Positions 11,183 through 22,031 of a stretch of 30,295 nt of DNA are shown in pieces. How positions within the stretch are numbered: the first letter of the stretch is position 1; the number at the start of each line of letters is the position of its first letter. The position numbers and the translations under genes are program-made. The notes beneath the pieces were generated by a model. The model did no database searches and had not been told where the DNA came from. It saw nothing but the letters and a program-made list of their open reading frames with translations. Source of the DNA: Octopus sinensis (taxonomy: Eukaryota); the NCBI RefSeq assembly GCF_006345805.1, contig NW_021832899.1:1-30295 (forward strand). Direction: 5' to 3'.

Positions 11183-11363
11183 TGTATATATATATATGTG
11201 TGTGTGTGTATATATATATATGTGTGTGTGTGTGTGTATGTGTGTAAACTTATATGTATATATATATATATATATACGTGTGTGTGTCTGTGTAAGCGTA
11301 TTCTACAACAAGATGTATACTCGTTACTCTTATGTATATTAACGAATATCTAGCATAATAATG

Positions 11364-11430
<67 letters not shown>

Positions 11431-11461
11431 TAGTAATAATAATAAATTTATATTTATGTGC

Positions 11462-11495
<34 letters not shown>

Positions 11496-12165
11496 GTGCG
11501 TGCATATACGACTTTGTGCGTATGTAAATATATCTGTGAGTGTGCATACGTCCTTATCTCTCATCACATCTTTTGAACGCACACAAGTTTTCAGGTCGGA
11601 GCAAATAATAAACAAACAGGCCTACGAAGAACACATCCACCCCGACCGCCATTTTCTCCACACATCCTCGAATACAAACAACGGTCCCCCCACCCCCACC
11701 GTCACTTAAAATTTCCCCGCCCCACCGTCGTGCAATGCTCTGCTCTGATCTCTTTCCCATTAATGTTCACTAGTTATAATCAGGGTCCTTTAACAAAAGC
11801 TAAAACTAAGTTTTATAACAGATGAAAGCCAAACGAATAAACGAATAAGCGAATAAGCGAATGAAATATCAGATATATAACTTCGCATAAGTATCTTGTC
11901 ACTTAATTTCGGTAAACAATGGAGCGGCAACAAAAAGAACAGTACACAAACACACACACCCTGACACAAATGTATAGGTCTGTGTGTGTGTGTGTATGTG
12001 TGTGTGTGTGTGTGTCTCGAAATACATACGCATAGTAAATAAAAATGTTAAACGACATAAAAAAAAACGTTCTGATTTATCCATAACATTAATATAGAGA
12101 ATGGAATATACATTTATCCATATGGGAGCGTTGGTGTGTGGCGTGTGTGCTTGTGTGTGTATATG

Positions 12166-12198
<33 letters not shown>

Positions 12199-12525
12199 AT
12201 GTATGAGCGCGCATGCTGTGTGTGCGTTCGCTTTTTATGGGAATATATATATATATATATATATCCCCAGACACTATCAGTTTATAAATCTACAGATATA
12301 CACACAACACATACAGATATATATTATATTTACATTCTTTTTTTTGTCTTATAAATTGATAGTCATAGATATAGAGGTACGTGTGTGTGTATGTGTGTAT
12401 ACGTGGTATGTGTGCGTGCGCGTGTGTACACAGATGTAAAAACAGAGACAGATATCTACATAATATTTATACGTATTATATATATATATATATATATATA
12501 CATAGTATATATATATATGTATATA

Positions 12526-12566
<41 letters not shown>

Positions 12567-12646
12567 CGTACATACATACATACATACATACATACATACA
12601 TAATATATATCATATATATACATATATATATATATACATATATCTA

Positions 12647-12682
<36 letters not shown>

Positions 12683-12830
12683 AACAACATAATATATACG
12701 CACATGTATATATGTAGGTATATGTTTGTGTGTGTGTATATATATATATATATAATTGGCATATATAATATATATCTGTGTGTGTGTCTGTGTGTATGTG
12801 TGTACATACATAAAACATATGTATATGTAT
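10441..12830. repeat. Microsatellite field: (TG/CA)n, (TA)n, (AAT)n at ~11365-11445 and (TACA)n, with short unique islands
   Basis: Directly visible. It explains the many spurious ORFs in the track. Confidence 0.9.
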
Positions 12831-13134
12831 ATATTAAAGTATGTTTGCGTTTGGGAGTGCATTTAACTGTTGAGGGTTTTATTTGTTAACGGAATTAATA
12901 GAGATGTGTTTGGTAAGTAAATATACGCAGCAAATTCTCACAGGGACTTGGAAGGGATGGGTGGAGCTCTGTCTCTCTCTCTCTCTTATCTTTAAGATGA
13001 AGTTGAACTTCATTCTTAAACAGCGCTTCGATTTTCATCAGAGATAATAACGCACGACAGGGGACATAAATCAACTAATTTTGTGCTGATGTATGAGCAG
13101 AAACGTTTTGTGTAGCAATAAAACAAGAACAGGA

Positions 13135-14520
13135 GGTCGTCGTCGTCGTCGTCGTAGTTGTCGTCGGATGTGAGGAAAGGCGGGGGGGGGAGGAAAGTGG
13201 ATGGTGGAGAAAAGATGATGTGGAGGTGAGGAGTATAATGAGTGGGTGGGTGGGGGTGGAAATGACAGCGATGAGGAGAGAAGCAACAGAGTGGAACGTA
13301 TGAGAGGAAAGTAGAAGAACCTTGTGGTGGTATTGGTGATGATGATGATGTGATGATGATGATGATGATGATGATAGTGGTGGTGGTAGTGGTGGTGGTG
13401 GTGCTGCTGCTGCTGTTGTAGAGGTGGTGATAGCAGTTGTGGTATTGGTGGTGGTAGTGATGGTGATGGTAGTGTTGGTTGCGATGATCGTGATGGTAGT
13501 GAAGGTGGGGGTGGTCGTCGTTGTCATCGTCGACCAAGATGATGATGATGATGATGATTATGTTGATAGTGGCGGTGGTAGTGGTGGTGGTGGTGGTGGT
13601 GGTGCTGCTGCTGCTGCTCCTGTTGTTAGAGGTGGTGATGGTGAGCGTAGTGGTGGTTGCGATGATCGTGATGGTAGTGGTGGTGGAGGTGGTCGTCGTC
13701 GCCGTCATCGTCTTTGTCGACGACGATGATAATGAGAAGGAGGAGGAGGATAGTGGTGGTGGTGGTGGTGCTGCTGCTGTTGTAGAGGTGGTGATAGCAG
13801 TTGTGGTATTGGTGGTGGTAGTGATGGTGATGGTAGTGTTGGTTGCGATGATCGTGATGGTAGTGGTGGTGGTGGTGGTGGTGGTGGTGGTGGTGGTGGT
13901 GGTGGTGGTGGTGGTGGTGGTGGTGGTGGTGGTGGTGGTGGTGGTGCTGCTGCTGCTGTTGTTAGAGGTGGTGATGGTGAGCGTAGTGGTGGTTGCGATG
14001 ATCGTGATGGTAGTGGTGGTGGAGGTGGTCGTCGTCGCCGTCATCGTCTTTGTCTACGACGATGATGATGATGAGGAGGAGGATGAGGATAGTGGTGGTG
14101 GTGGTGGTGGTGTTGCTGCTGTTGTAGAGGTGGTGATAGCAGTTGTGGTATTGGTGGTGGTAGTGATGGTGATGGTAGTTTTGGTGGTGGTGATGGTAGT
14201 TTTTGTGGTGTTGATGGTAGTGGTGGTTGTGATGAATCTGATGGTAGTGGTGGGGGAGGTGGTAGTGGTGTGTGGTGGAGATGCGTGGTGGTGGTGGTAG
14301 TGATGATGATGATAACGACGGTGATAATGATGAAGAAGATAATGATGACGGGCGCCAACATCACCATCACCACCACTACCAGCACCAGCACCAGCACCAC
14401 CATCAACGGCAACAACAACAACATCAACAACACCAGCAAGAGCTACAAGAAAGAACAGCAAAAACAGAGAATAAAAGAAGCGTGACAGCAAAAGTGAACA
14501 ACAGCGACAACAACAACAAA
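13135..14520. repeat. Complex trinucleotide (GGT/GAT/GCT/GTC) tract with internal higher-order duplications
   Basis: GTTGTAGAGGTGGTGATAGCAGTTGTGGTATTGGTGGTGGTAGTGATGGTGATGGTAG occurs three times. TTGTTAGAGGTGGTGATGGTGAGCGTAGTGGTGGTTGCGATGATCG occurs twice. Confidence 0.9.
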
Positions 14521-14885
14521 TAGAAGAAAATCCCACCCCAATAAGAATAAGGGTAGATTATCCCCCACCCCTAAAAATAAAAGGGAGCAAAATTGGGATC
14601 AGGGTATCTAGGGTAATTATTATGAAGTCCTTATCTCTTATTCAATATTTTTTGTTCTCATAACTGCCGTTATCTTTCTTCAAACGACCGAACCATTTAT
14701 GGAAAGCAGCATCACGAAGTTATTTCAACAAATCTAATGGCGCCTGTTGAAATTCACATTATATATTCATACAATGAATTGTATGTCTGGGTGGGTGCGT
14801 GTGTGTGAGTGTGTGTATGTGAGTGTGTGTGTGTGAATTCACAAAAATGGAAATATGTATGCGTATATATTTATATATTGTATAT

Positions 14886-14995
14886 GCGCGTGGCTATGTG
14901 GTAAGAGGCTTGCTTCCCAACCACATGGTTCTGGGTTCAGTCCCACTGCGTAAGTAATCTTCTACTACAGCATCGGGCCGACCAAAGCTTTGAGT
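14886..14995 (+). mobile_element. SINE family A, truncated
   Basis: TGGCTATGTGGTAAG...CCACATGGTTCTGGGTTCAGTCCCACTGCG...GGGCCGACCAAAGC. Confidence 0.8.
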
Positions 14996-15437
14996 GTTCG
15001 GCCAAGCCTGACCTTTCTTTTTTGGTTCGGCCGTTGTCCATGCAACATCTATATTCCTCACTGTGCCTGCGAAATCTTGTATCCCTACCGTAAGGCTTTA
15101 CTTCCACACTCGCCAGCTTAATTCAATTCGTCCTTAGTCGAAAGACACCCGTTGTTAATGTCCTGTTATTTGTATTTGTGTAACCTTCTCCGTTTTTTTC
15201 CGTCCTTGTTTTCGTATACATTCGCCACTTTCTTCCAAGGAATCTAATGCTCTTAGCTTAAGTTTTCCTTGGGGCAGCCCAAATTACAGAGACAATCTGG
15301 AACTCGACTGAGGAAAGAAAACTCCAAATGACCCGTCCTTGTTTCTTTTGTATCGTCTATCTTGAGGTTTTATTGTGTCCTTTTTTGTATCACCTAACTG
15401 TCTGGATTATTTGCTTTCTTGCCCCATTTTGTATTTA

Positions 15438-15473
<36 letters not shown>

Positions 15474-15502
15474 GTGTGTAATAAATAAAATACATGCATA
15501 CA

Positions 15503-15533
<31 letters not shown>

Positions 15534-15535
<2 letters not shown>

Positions 15536-15929
15536 GTACGTACCTACATCTACATGTATATATACATGCATATATAAATATATATACGTGAGTACAGGAC
15601 ACCACAAATAGACGTAGAACTCAACGAGAAACGAAAACGGAAAAACAAGCATGGAACAGACCATTTTTTTACAACGAAAAACAAAGTACAGACAAACTAC
15701 ACAAGGAAAAATCCCTTCATCAGCTGTCACTAGGGACAGCTGATGAGGGGATTTTTCCTTGTGTAGTTTGTCTTGTACTCTATTTTTCGTTGTAAAAAAA
15801 TGGTCTGTTCCATGCTTGTTTTTCCGTTTTCGTTTCTCGTTGAGTTCTACGTCTATTTGTGGTGTCCTGTACTCACGTATATATATTATATATGCATGTA
15901 TATATACATGTAGATGTAGGTACGTACAT
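15534..15929. repeat. Near-perfect 396-bp palindrome (195-bp arms, 6-nt loop ACTAGG)
   Basis: 15534-15728 is the reverse complement of 15735-15929 apart from a handful of substitutions and indels. Confidence 0.95.
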
Positions 15930-16020
15930 TTATTACACTATTGTATGACTGAGCGCCCTCGCGCCGATTCGATTCGTTCGTTTCGTTCTTCTTCAAGTAT
16001 TATATATATATATATATAAT

Positions 16021-16564
16021 AATAATAATTCTCTAAACGAGATATAGACAGTAACTTCGGGGAATGATCTCCCTTTGCAGGATAGAGGACACCGTGATGG
16101 TGTCAGCCTATCTGGTGACGTTGATGATCGCCTGGGGCTAAATGCATCAGTAACACCCCCACCGCCCTGCCCTGTCCCTAGCCACATTCAAATGGCTAAT
16201 GTCCCTTATGTTATGGAGCAGTTACTGTCTATATCTCGTTTAGAGAATTATTATTGCTGTCGAACAGATTTTCGAAATCAGTAAATGTATTTACGTGAAA
16301 ATCTATATATAAATATCCTGCACAGAGAGTTGTTCGTCGAGGAGCGGTGCCTGCCATACGTTGATGATAGGCAAATACCTTGAAACCTGGGTCCGTATGT
16401 GGCATCCGCTTCTTCGGGGAATGATCTCCCCTTGCAGGATAGAGGACACCGTGATGGTGTCAGCCTATCTGGTAACGTGATGATCGCCTGGGGCTAAATG
16501 CATCAATAACACCCCACCGCCCTGCCCATCCCTAGCCATATTCAAATGGCTAATGTCCCTTATG

Positions 16565-16568
<4 letters not shown>
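16021..16568 (+). mobile_element. Candidate non-LTR retrozyme (~357-bp monomer, ~1.45 tandem copies, 36-bp inverted terminal copy) inserted in (TA)n
   Basis: Direct repeat 16055-16214 / 16412-16568 (period 357). Perfect inverted repeat 16021-16056 / 16220-16255. Hammerhead at 16339-16414, several stable hairpins and no meaningful ORF. Confidence 0.75.
16339..16414 (+). ncRNA. Type I hammerhead ribozyme (two core deviations)
   Basis: Stem I CATACG/CGTATG plus distal GAGGAGCGG-TGCC/GGCA-T-CCGCTTCTT. Core TTGATGA (16361-16367). Stem II AGG/CCT with loop CAAATA. GAAA at 16382-16385. Stem III ACC-TG-GGT. Cleavage triplet GTC at 16391-16393. Confidence 0.8.
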
Positions 16569-16606
<38 letters not shown>

Positions 16607-17139
16607 TATTAATATATATATATAACATATATATATATATATATATATGTGCATACGTTTCTACAGTTACATTTTCACGACACTGGTAGAAATACTCGCA
16701 CACGTATACATATACACATAATGTATATGTGTGTGTGCGTTTGCGTGTGTGTGGTGTGTGTGTTTATATAGATGTATATATATATATTATACATATTCAC
16801 ACAGAAATTTAAAATCGCATATATAAACAAAATACATGTACACAAACGCACAGGCGGAGCGAAACACACACGCACACACACACACACACATAGACACACG
16901 CACATAGAGTGATGTATAATTCTAGACCTAAGCATACACAAATCTATACCTGTAGACATACACACGCGTTTAAAATAATTACTTGAAAGAATACGTATAA
17001 ACAATTAACATGATAACTGCAAAAATAAAGTCAGAACATTAACAAATCTGTGGAGGATTAAAAATCTCATTCATGTACCACATATTTTTAGCTCATAGAC
17101 ATTATGTGTGTATCTGTGCCTGCCTAATACAGAGAAACT

Positions 17140-17580
17140 TATGTATGTATGTATGTACGTACGTAGTATGTATGTATGTATGTATGTATGTATGTATGTA
17201 TGTATGTATGTATGTATGTATGTATGTATGTATGTATGTACGTATGTATGTATGATGTACGTATGTAAGTATGTATGCAGGTATGTATTATGTTTCTGTT
17301 TTATGATTGTATGTACGTATGTATGTATATATATGTAAGTATGTATATATATGTAAGTATGTATGCATGTATGTATGTGTGTATGTATATGTGTGTGCAT
17401 GTACGTATATTTGTAATTGCATTTTTGTTTACATGTATATATATATATATATGTTATATATATACATCATATACATATTTATGTATACGTACTTGTATGT
17501 ATGCATATATATATATATATACATACATAGACTATATATAATACATATACATATATATTATATATATGTATATGTATAAA
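17140..17580. repeat. (TATG)n and (TA)n microsatellites
   Basis: Directly visible. Confidence 0.9.
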
Positions 17581-17864
17581 TATATACATACACACAACAT
17601 GGCGCCATATCCATATCTATGTGTCTGTTTGTAAACACACACATATACATGCACATACACATTAGTAGATATATAAACAACCAAACAAAAGAAAAACAAA
17701 CAGAACACAACACGATACGTTTACAGGGTTTTATTATGATGGAAGAATATACCTTAGAGAATGGAGTGAAACGAGATAAGAATATGATAATTGGAGTGAG
17801 AAATATATTGAAAGCCATTTTAAAATACAGACTACTGAAGAATTGGTAAAGATAAAAACTGTTG

Positions 17865-17885
17865 CTGCAGCAGCAGTAGTAGCAA

Positions 17886-17938
<53 letters not shown>

Positions 17939-18041
17939 TAGTAGTAGTAGTAGTAGTAGCAGCAGCAGCAGTATTAGTAGTAGTAGTAGCAGCAACAACA
18001 GCAGCAGCAGTATTAGTAGTAGTAGTAGTAGTAGTAGTATT

Positions 18042-18073
<32 letters not shown>

Positions 18074-18275
18074 TAGGAGTAGGAGGAGGAGGAGGAGGAG
18101 GAGTTGGAGGAGTAGGAAGAGAAAGAAAGAGGAGAAAGAAAGAGAATGAAGAAGGAAGTCGTAGTAGGAGGTGGAGGAGGAAGAAAGAGAAGGAAGAAGG
18201 GAGAAGGAAGAAGGAGAAGAAGAAGAAGAAGAAGAAGAAGAAGAAGAAGAAGAAGAACAACAACAACAACAACAA
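17865..18275. repeat. Compound trinucleotide microsatellite (TAG/CAG/GAG/AAG/AAC)
   Basis: Directly visible. Confidence 0.95.
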
Positions 18276-18731
18276 TAACAAGAAGTCATTTTCGTTAATC
18301 CAAAAATCTAGAATCTCTTTTAAGAGCCAGCAGATTTCCCTTGTTACAAAATTCAACATCAAAGCTCGATCGCCACGTAGCAATGACGCCATTATATTCG
18401 CTGTAATTTTAGTCCAACGTAAAACGCAACACATTGGAATAAATACCATCATCTCTAAAAGAAAATACATACCAATGATACATGCCTCTTCGTTATCACT
18501 CGCAGTTTGCAGAAAATAGCAACCATTTCACCCCCCTCTCTCTCTCTCTCTCTCCTTTCTCTCTCTGTCTAACTCACTCTTACTCTTTGTCTTTCCCTGT
18601 TTCTAATCTTGCGTTGCACCTTCTTAAAATTTGGTGGATTTGTGGAAAAAAGCTAGTGAAAGACAGAATCGTTCAGGTGGAATGTCATTGATAATAAATT
18701 CTGTTCAACCGTCTGTAATGCGGAGCTGAAC

Positions 18732-18830
18732 AGGCGTAGGAGTGGCTGTATGAAAGTAGTTTGCTTACTAACCACATAGTTCCGGGTTCAGTCCCACTGC
18801 GTGACACCTTGGGCAAGTGTCTTCTACTAT
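18732..18830 (+). mobile_element. SINE family A head, 3'-truncated
   Basis: AGGCGTAGGAGTGGCTG...GGGTTCAGTCCCACTGCGTGACACCTTGGGCAAGTGTCTTCTACTAT. Confidence 0.85.
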
Positions 18831-19661
18831 GGTGTCTTCTACTAGTTACGTTCATTAGATAATCAGGGGTGTAAATACATTTCATAAGACCGCTTGCTGA
18901 AAAAGGGTTGGGGTTCAAAAGGATTGAAACCAGCCCAAGCGCAAAAAGGAAAACTGCCGTGAAGGGCATTTGTGACATCACGACATCAAGTTAGTGAAAG
19001 TGTCCGGCGAATTGTTTAGGCTGTTATACTCTCGATCATGGATTCTGTTCTTGGACCGGATACCACTTTGTATCCTTGCACGTTCCCTATTTTTTCTAGC
19101 CACCAGAGTCTTATGAAAATAAAGCTTCATTTCACTCAAACAAAGACCGAACTAAAAGTCTGAAAACAAGCGTGGACATTTAGGACAAGCTTATGAAAAT
19201 GCTTTGGATATGAAAAAAAGGTTAAAAAAAAAAAAAGGTTACAAATGTTAGAGCTGCAAATATTCTCAAGAATCCGCCAATCATAAACAAGATTTCCAAA
19301 TTCATGGAAGCCACAATATGATTACCCAAAAATAAATAAATAAATAAATAAACAAATAAAATAATTTAACCATCTTTTTCTTTACATCTTTCATTTTTTT
19401 TTTATTTTCCTTCTCTTATGTAAGTGGAATTAACGTATCTTTCCCAGTCTCTCATGAATTATTCCCTTCATACAGACATTTCAATTGACAAAATAAATGA
19501 ATATATAAATAAATGCCTAATTTTAAATTATTTATTTCGACAAATTATCTAATGTTGACTTTATAACAGTTTGAATTCAGGAGTTCATTAATGCATTATT
19601 CACACTCGCATTGCTTATGAAATTATACTATTTATCGATCTTACAAGTCAGAACGAAATAT

Positions 19662-19812
19662 TTATAGAGCTTCCGACTTCTGAACACAGGTTGAAGGAGC
19701 GCTGGAAATTTCTTCTTCTTCTAAATTTGGTTCATTCTCTTCTTTTAATTTAGAATTTACATCAGAAAGACTATAACATATTTCTGACTCTGCCTTCGTA
19801 GCTTCAACGTTG
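19662..19812 (-). CDS. Possible terminal coding exon of an unidentified host gene (NVEATKAESEICYSLSDVNSKLKEENEPNLEEEEISSAPSTCVQKSEAL*)
   Basis: TTGCTTAG acceptor, 49 protein-like sense codons and a TAA, followed by AT-rich UTR-like DNA with AATAAA. The polypyrimidine tract is weak and I recognise no homology. Confidence 0.28.
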
Positions 19813-19964
19813 CTAAGCAACCAAACTCTTTTTTTATGTTAATAACGTCTAGGTATCTAACAAGACTTCTACTTGTAAATGTACGGTTTACATGAAAATT
19901 TTGATAACATTAACCGTTTGATGGCATTATTCATGATTATAAACGATGATTAACAACGACTTGC

Positions 19965-20129
19965 TGTACACATACACATATAATATATATGCATACATAT
20001 ATATACACACACATATATATGCACACATATTTTTATATAAACGAATATACATATTATATATATATATATATGCATATGTGTATCATATATGTATAAGTAT
20101 AGATAAATACATATATTTATATATACATA

Positions 20130-20221
<92 letters not shown>

Positions 20222-20225
20222 ATAA
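19965..20225. repeat. (TA)n-rich microsatellite
   Basis: Directly visible. Confidence 0.9.
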
Positions 20226-21039
20226 TTAATAGAAATAACCTGTATTAAGTAATCCAATTGATAGTGAAAGATATTATCTATGTTATATCATAGAAAAGTT
20301 AAAATATATTAGAATAAATATTATTCTAAAAATCACTAACTTAAATTTTTCTCTGTAAGTTGGAATTTATATCCCTACTATTATAATAATATCATATATA
20401 TATATATATATATATACGTGTGTGTATATATTTGTGTATGTATGGATGTATGTATGCTTTCTATTCCATGTTGGGTGACTACACCTTATTCTCAAGTCGG
20501 TACATTTCCTTTCCACCTGTCTTTGAATGGGCGCACACGTCAACAAATACACGCGCATGTACATACACGCACATACCTAGACATTTTAGAAACTAAAATA
20601 ATCACACACACACACACACCCGCTTAACGAACCTTCACAATTTAGCATGCTTTAAATATAAAGTCCCAATCAAAATTAATTATCAAAGCTCCGGCCTTAA
20701 TACCGTGCGACATATTCGGAAGACTAAAATAAGAATATGCGTTATGCAAGATCACCTCTAAGCTTAGCAGTGTGATGTTTCGAGCCTCTAATTGGAGGTA
20801 GCTTGTAACCTATCTTGCTCGAGAAAAAATTATCTCTAACACAGGTAAAAATATATATTTTTATGTATAGAATATCCTACGTTTTCTATTATTTATGCAC
20901 ACTTCATTTAATTTGCATGTGCGTAGTTCCTTTACTCATTTCCTGCTTCAGTCGTATTTCCTTCCATGTATATGATCCTTGTATAATATAATACATGAAT
21001 GCGAGCAACTTCTACCGTTGGCTGACTTCAATACGCGGA

Positions 21040-21620
21040 ATTAGTATATATATGTGTGTGTGTATGTGTGTGTGTGTGTGTCTTCATATATATATATGTA
21101 TGTGTATATATAGTTATATACATATGTATACATATGCATATGTATGGATATATATATTTTATATACATATATGTATATATATATATATACATATATACAT
21201 ATATATATATATATTGCATATGCATGTAAACATATATATATAATTATATATATAGATATGTATATACATATACATATAAACAGATAAATATTTGTATATA
21301 TACATATATGTATATGTATATACGTATATGTATATATATATAAATATATATCTGTATATATACATATACATATAAACATTTATATATTTATATATACAAA
21401 TATATGTGTTTGTGTATGTATATATAAATATATATATGTAAATATATATGACTTATATTTATGTATATAAAAATGTATTTTGGTTTATGTATATATATAT
21501 GTACAGATAGACGTGTGTGTGTATATATATATGTATATATAGATGTGTGTGTGTATGTGTGTGTTTTTATATAGATGTGTGTGTGTGCGTGTATGTGTGT
21601 GTGTGAGTGTGTGTGAGTAG
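21040..21620. repeat. Degenerate (TA)/(TG) microsatellite field
   Basis: Directly visible. Confidence 0.9.
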
Positions 21621-22031
21621 AAAGAAAAGAAAACTAGATCCGGTCGAAGGAAGAAATAGAGATGAGAAGAAAGGATTTTACATAACAGAAGAAGGATAAG
21701 CAAAAATGAAATACACATGGTATTACGTTGAAGACGTCAGTGAATGAATGATGGGGAAAGGTGAGATTACATTTGTTGTAGTACGTCTATTTTTAGTGAG
21801 ATGTCATCATTGAAGTGTATGGAGCATCCGGGAAGAGAAGGATGGTTGGGTGCTGCTTCTGGACGCTGGCAATTTGGCACGGTTGACTGCATATTCAATC
21901 ATTTTGGCGACAGTACGTCTCGACGCTGGTGACAAACATACACACACACAAAGACATGGAAGTGCATCCAGAAATATACTCGTACATACAGGGAAAGAAA
22001 GAGGTGGTGGTTGATTTAATTGTTTTGCACA

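Noticed and set aside
13016-14536. 342-aa, 259-aa and other long ORFs
   Set aside because: They are trinucleotide low-complexity DNA open in several frames on both strands, with no domain or splice support.
15735-15760. CTGATGAGGGGATTTTTCC as a complete hammerhead
   Set aside because: There is no GAAA after the putative stem II and no stem III or cleavage site downstream, so it is at most a fragment.
21768-21886. Candidate bridging exon STVPNCQRPEAAPNHPSLPG... that would fix the phase between 23226 and 19812
   Set aside because: The acceptor lacks a polypyrimidine tract and the donor is weak. Phase agreement can easily occur by chance.
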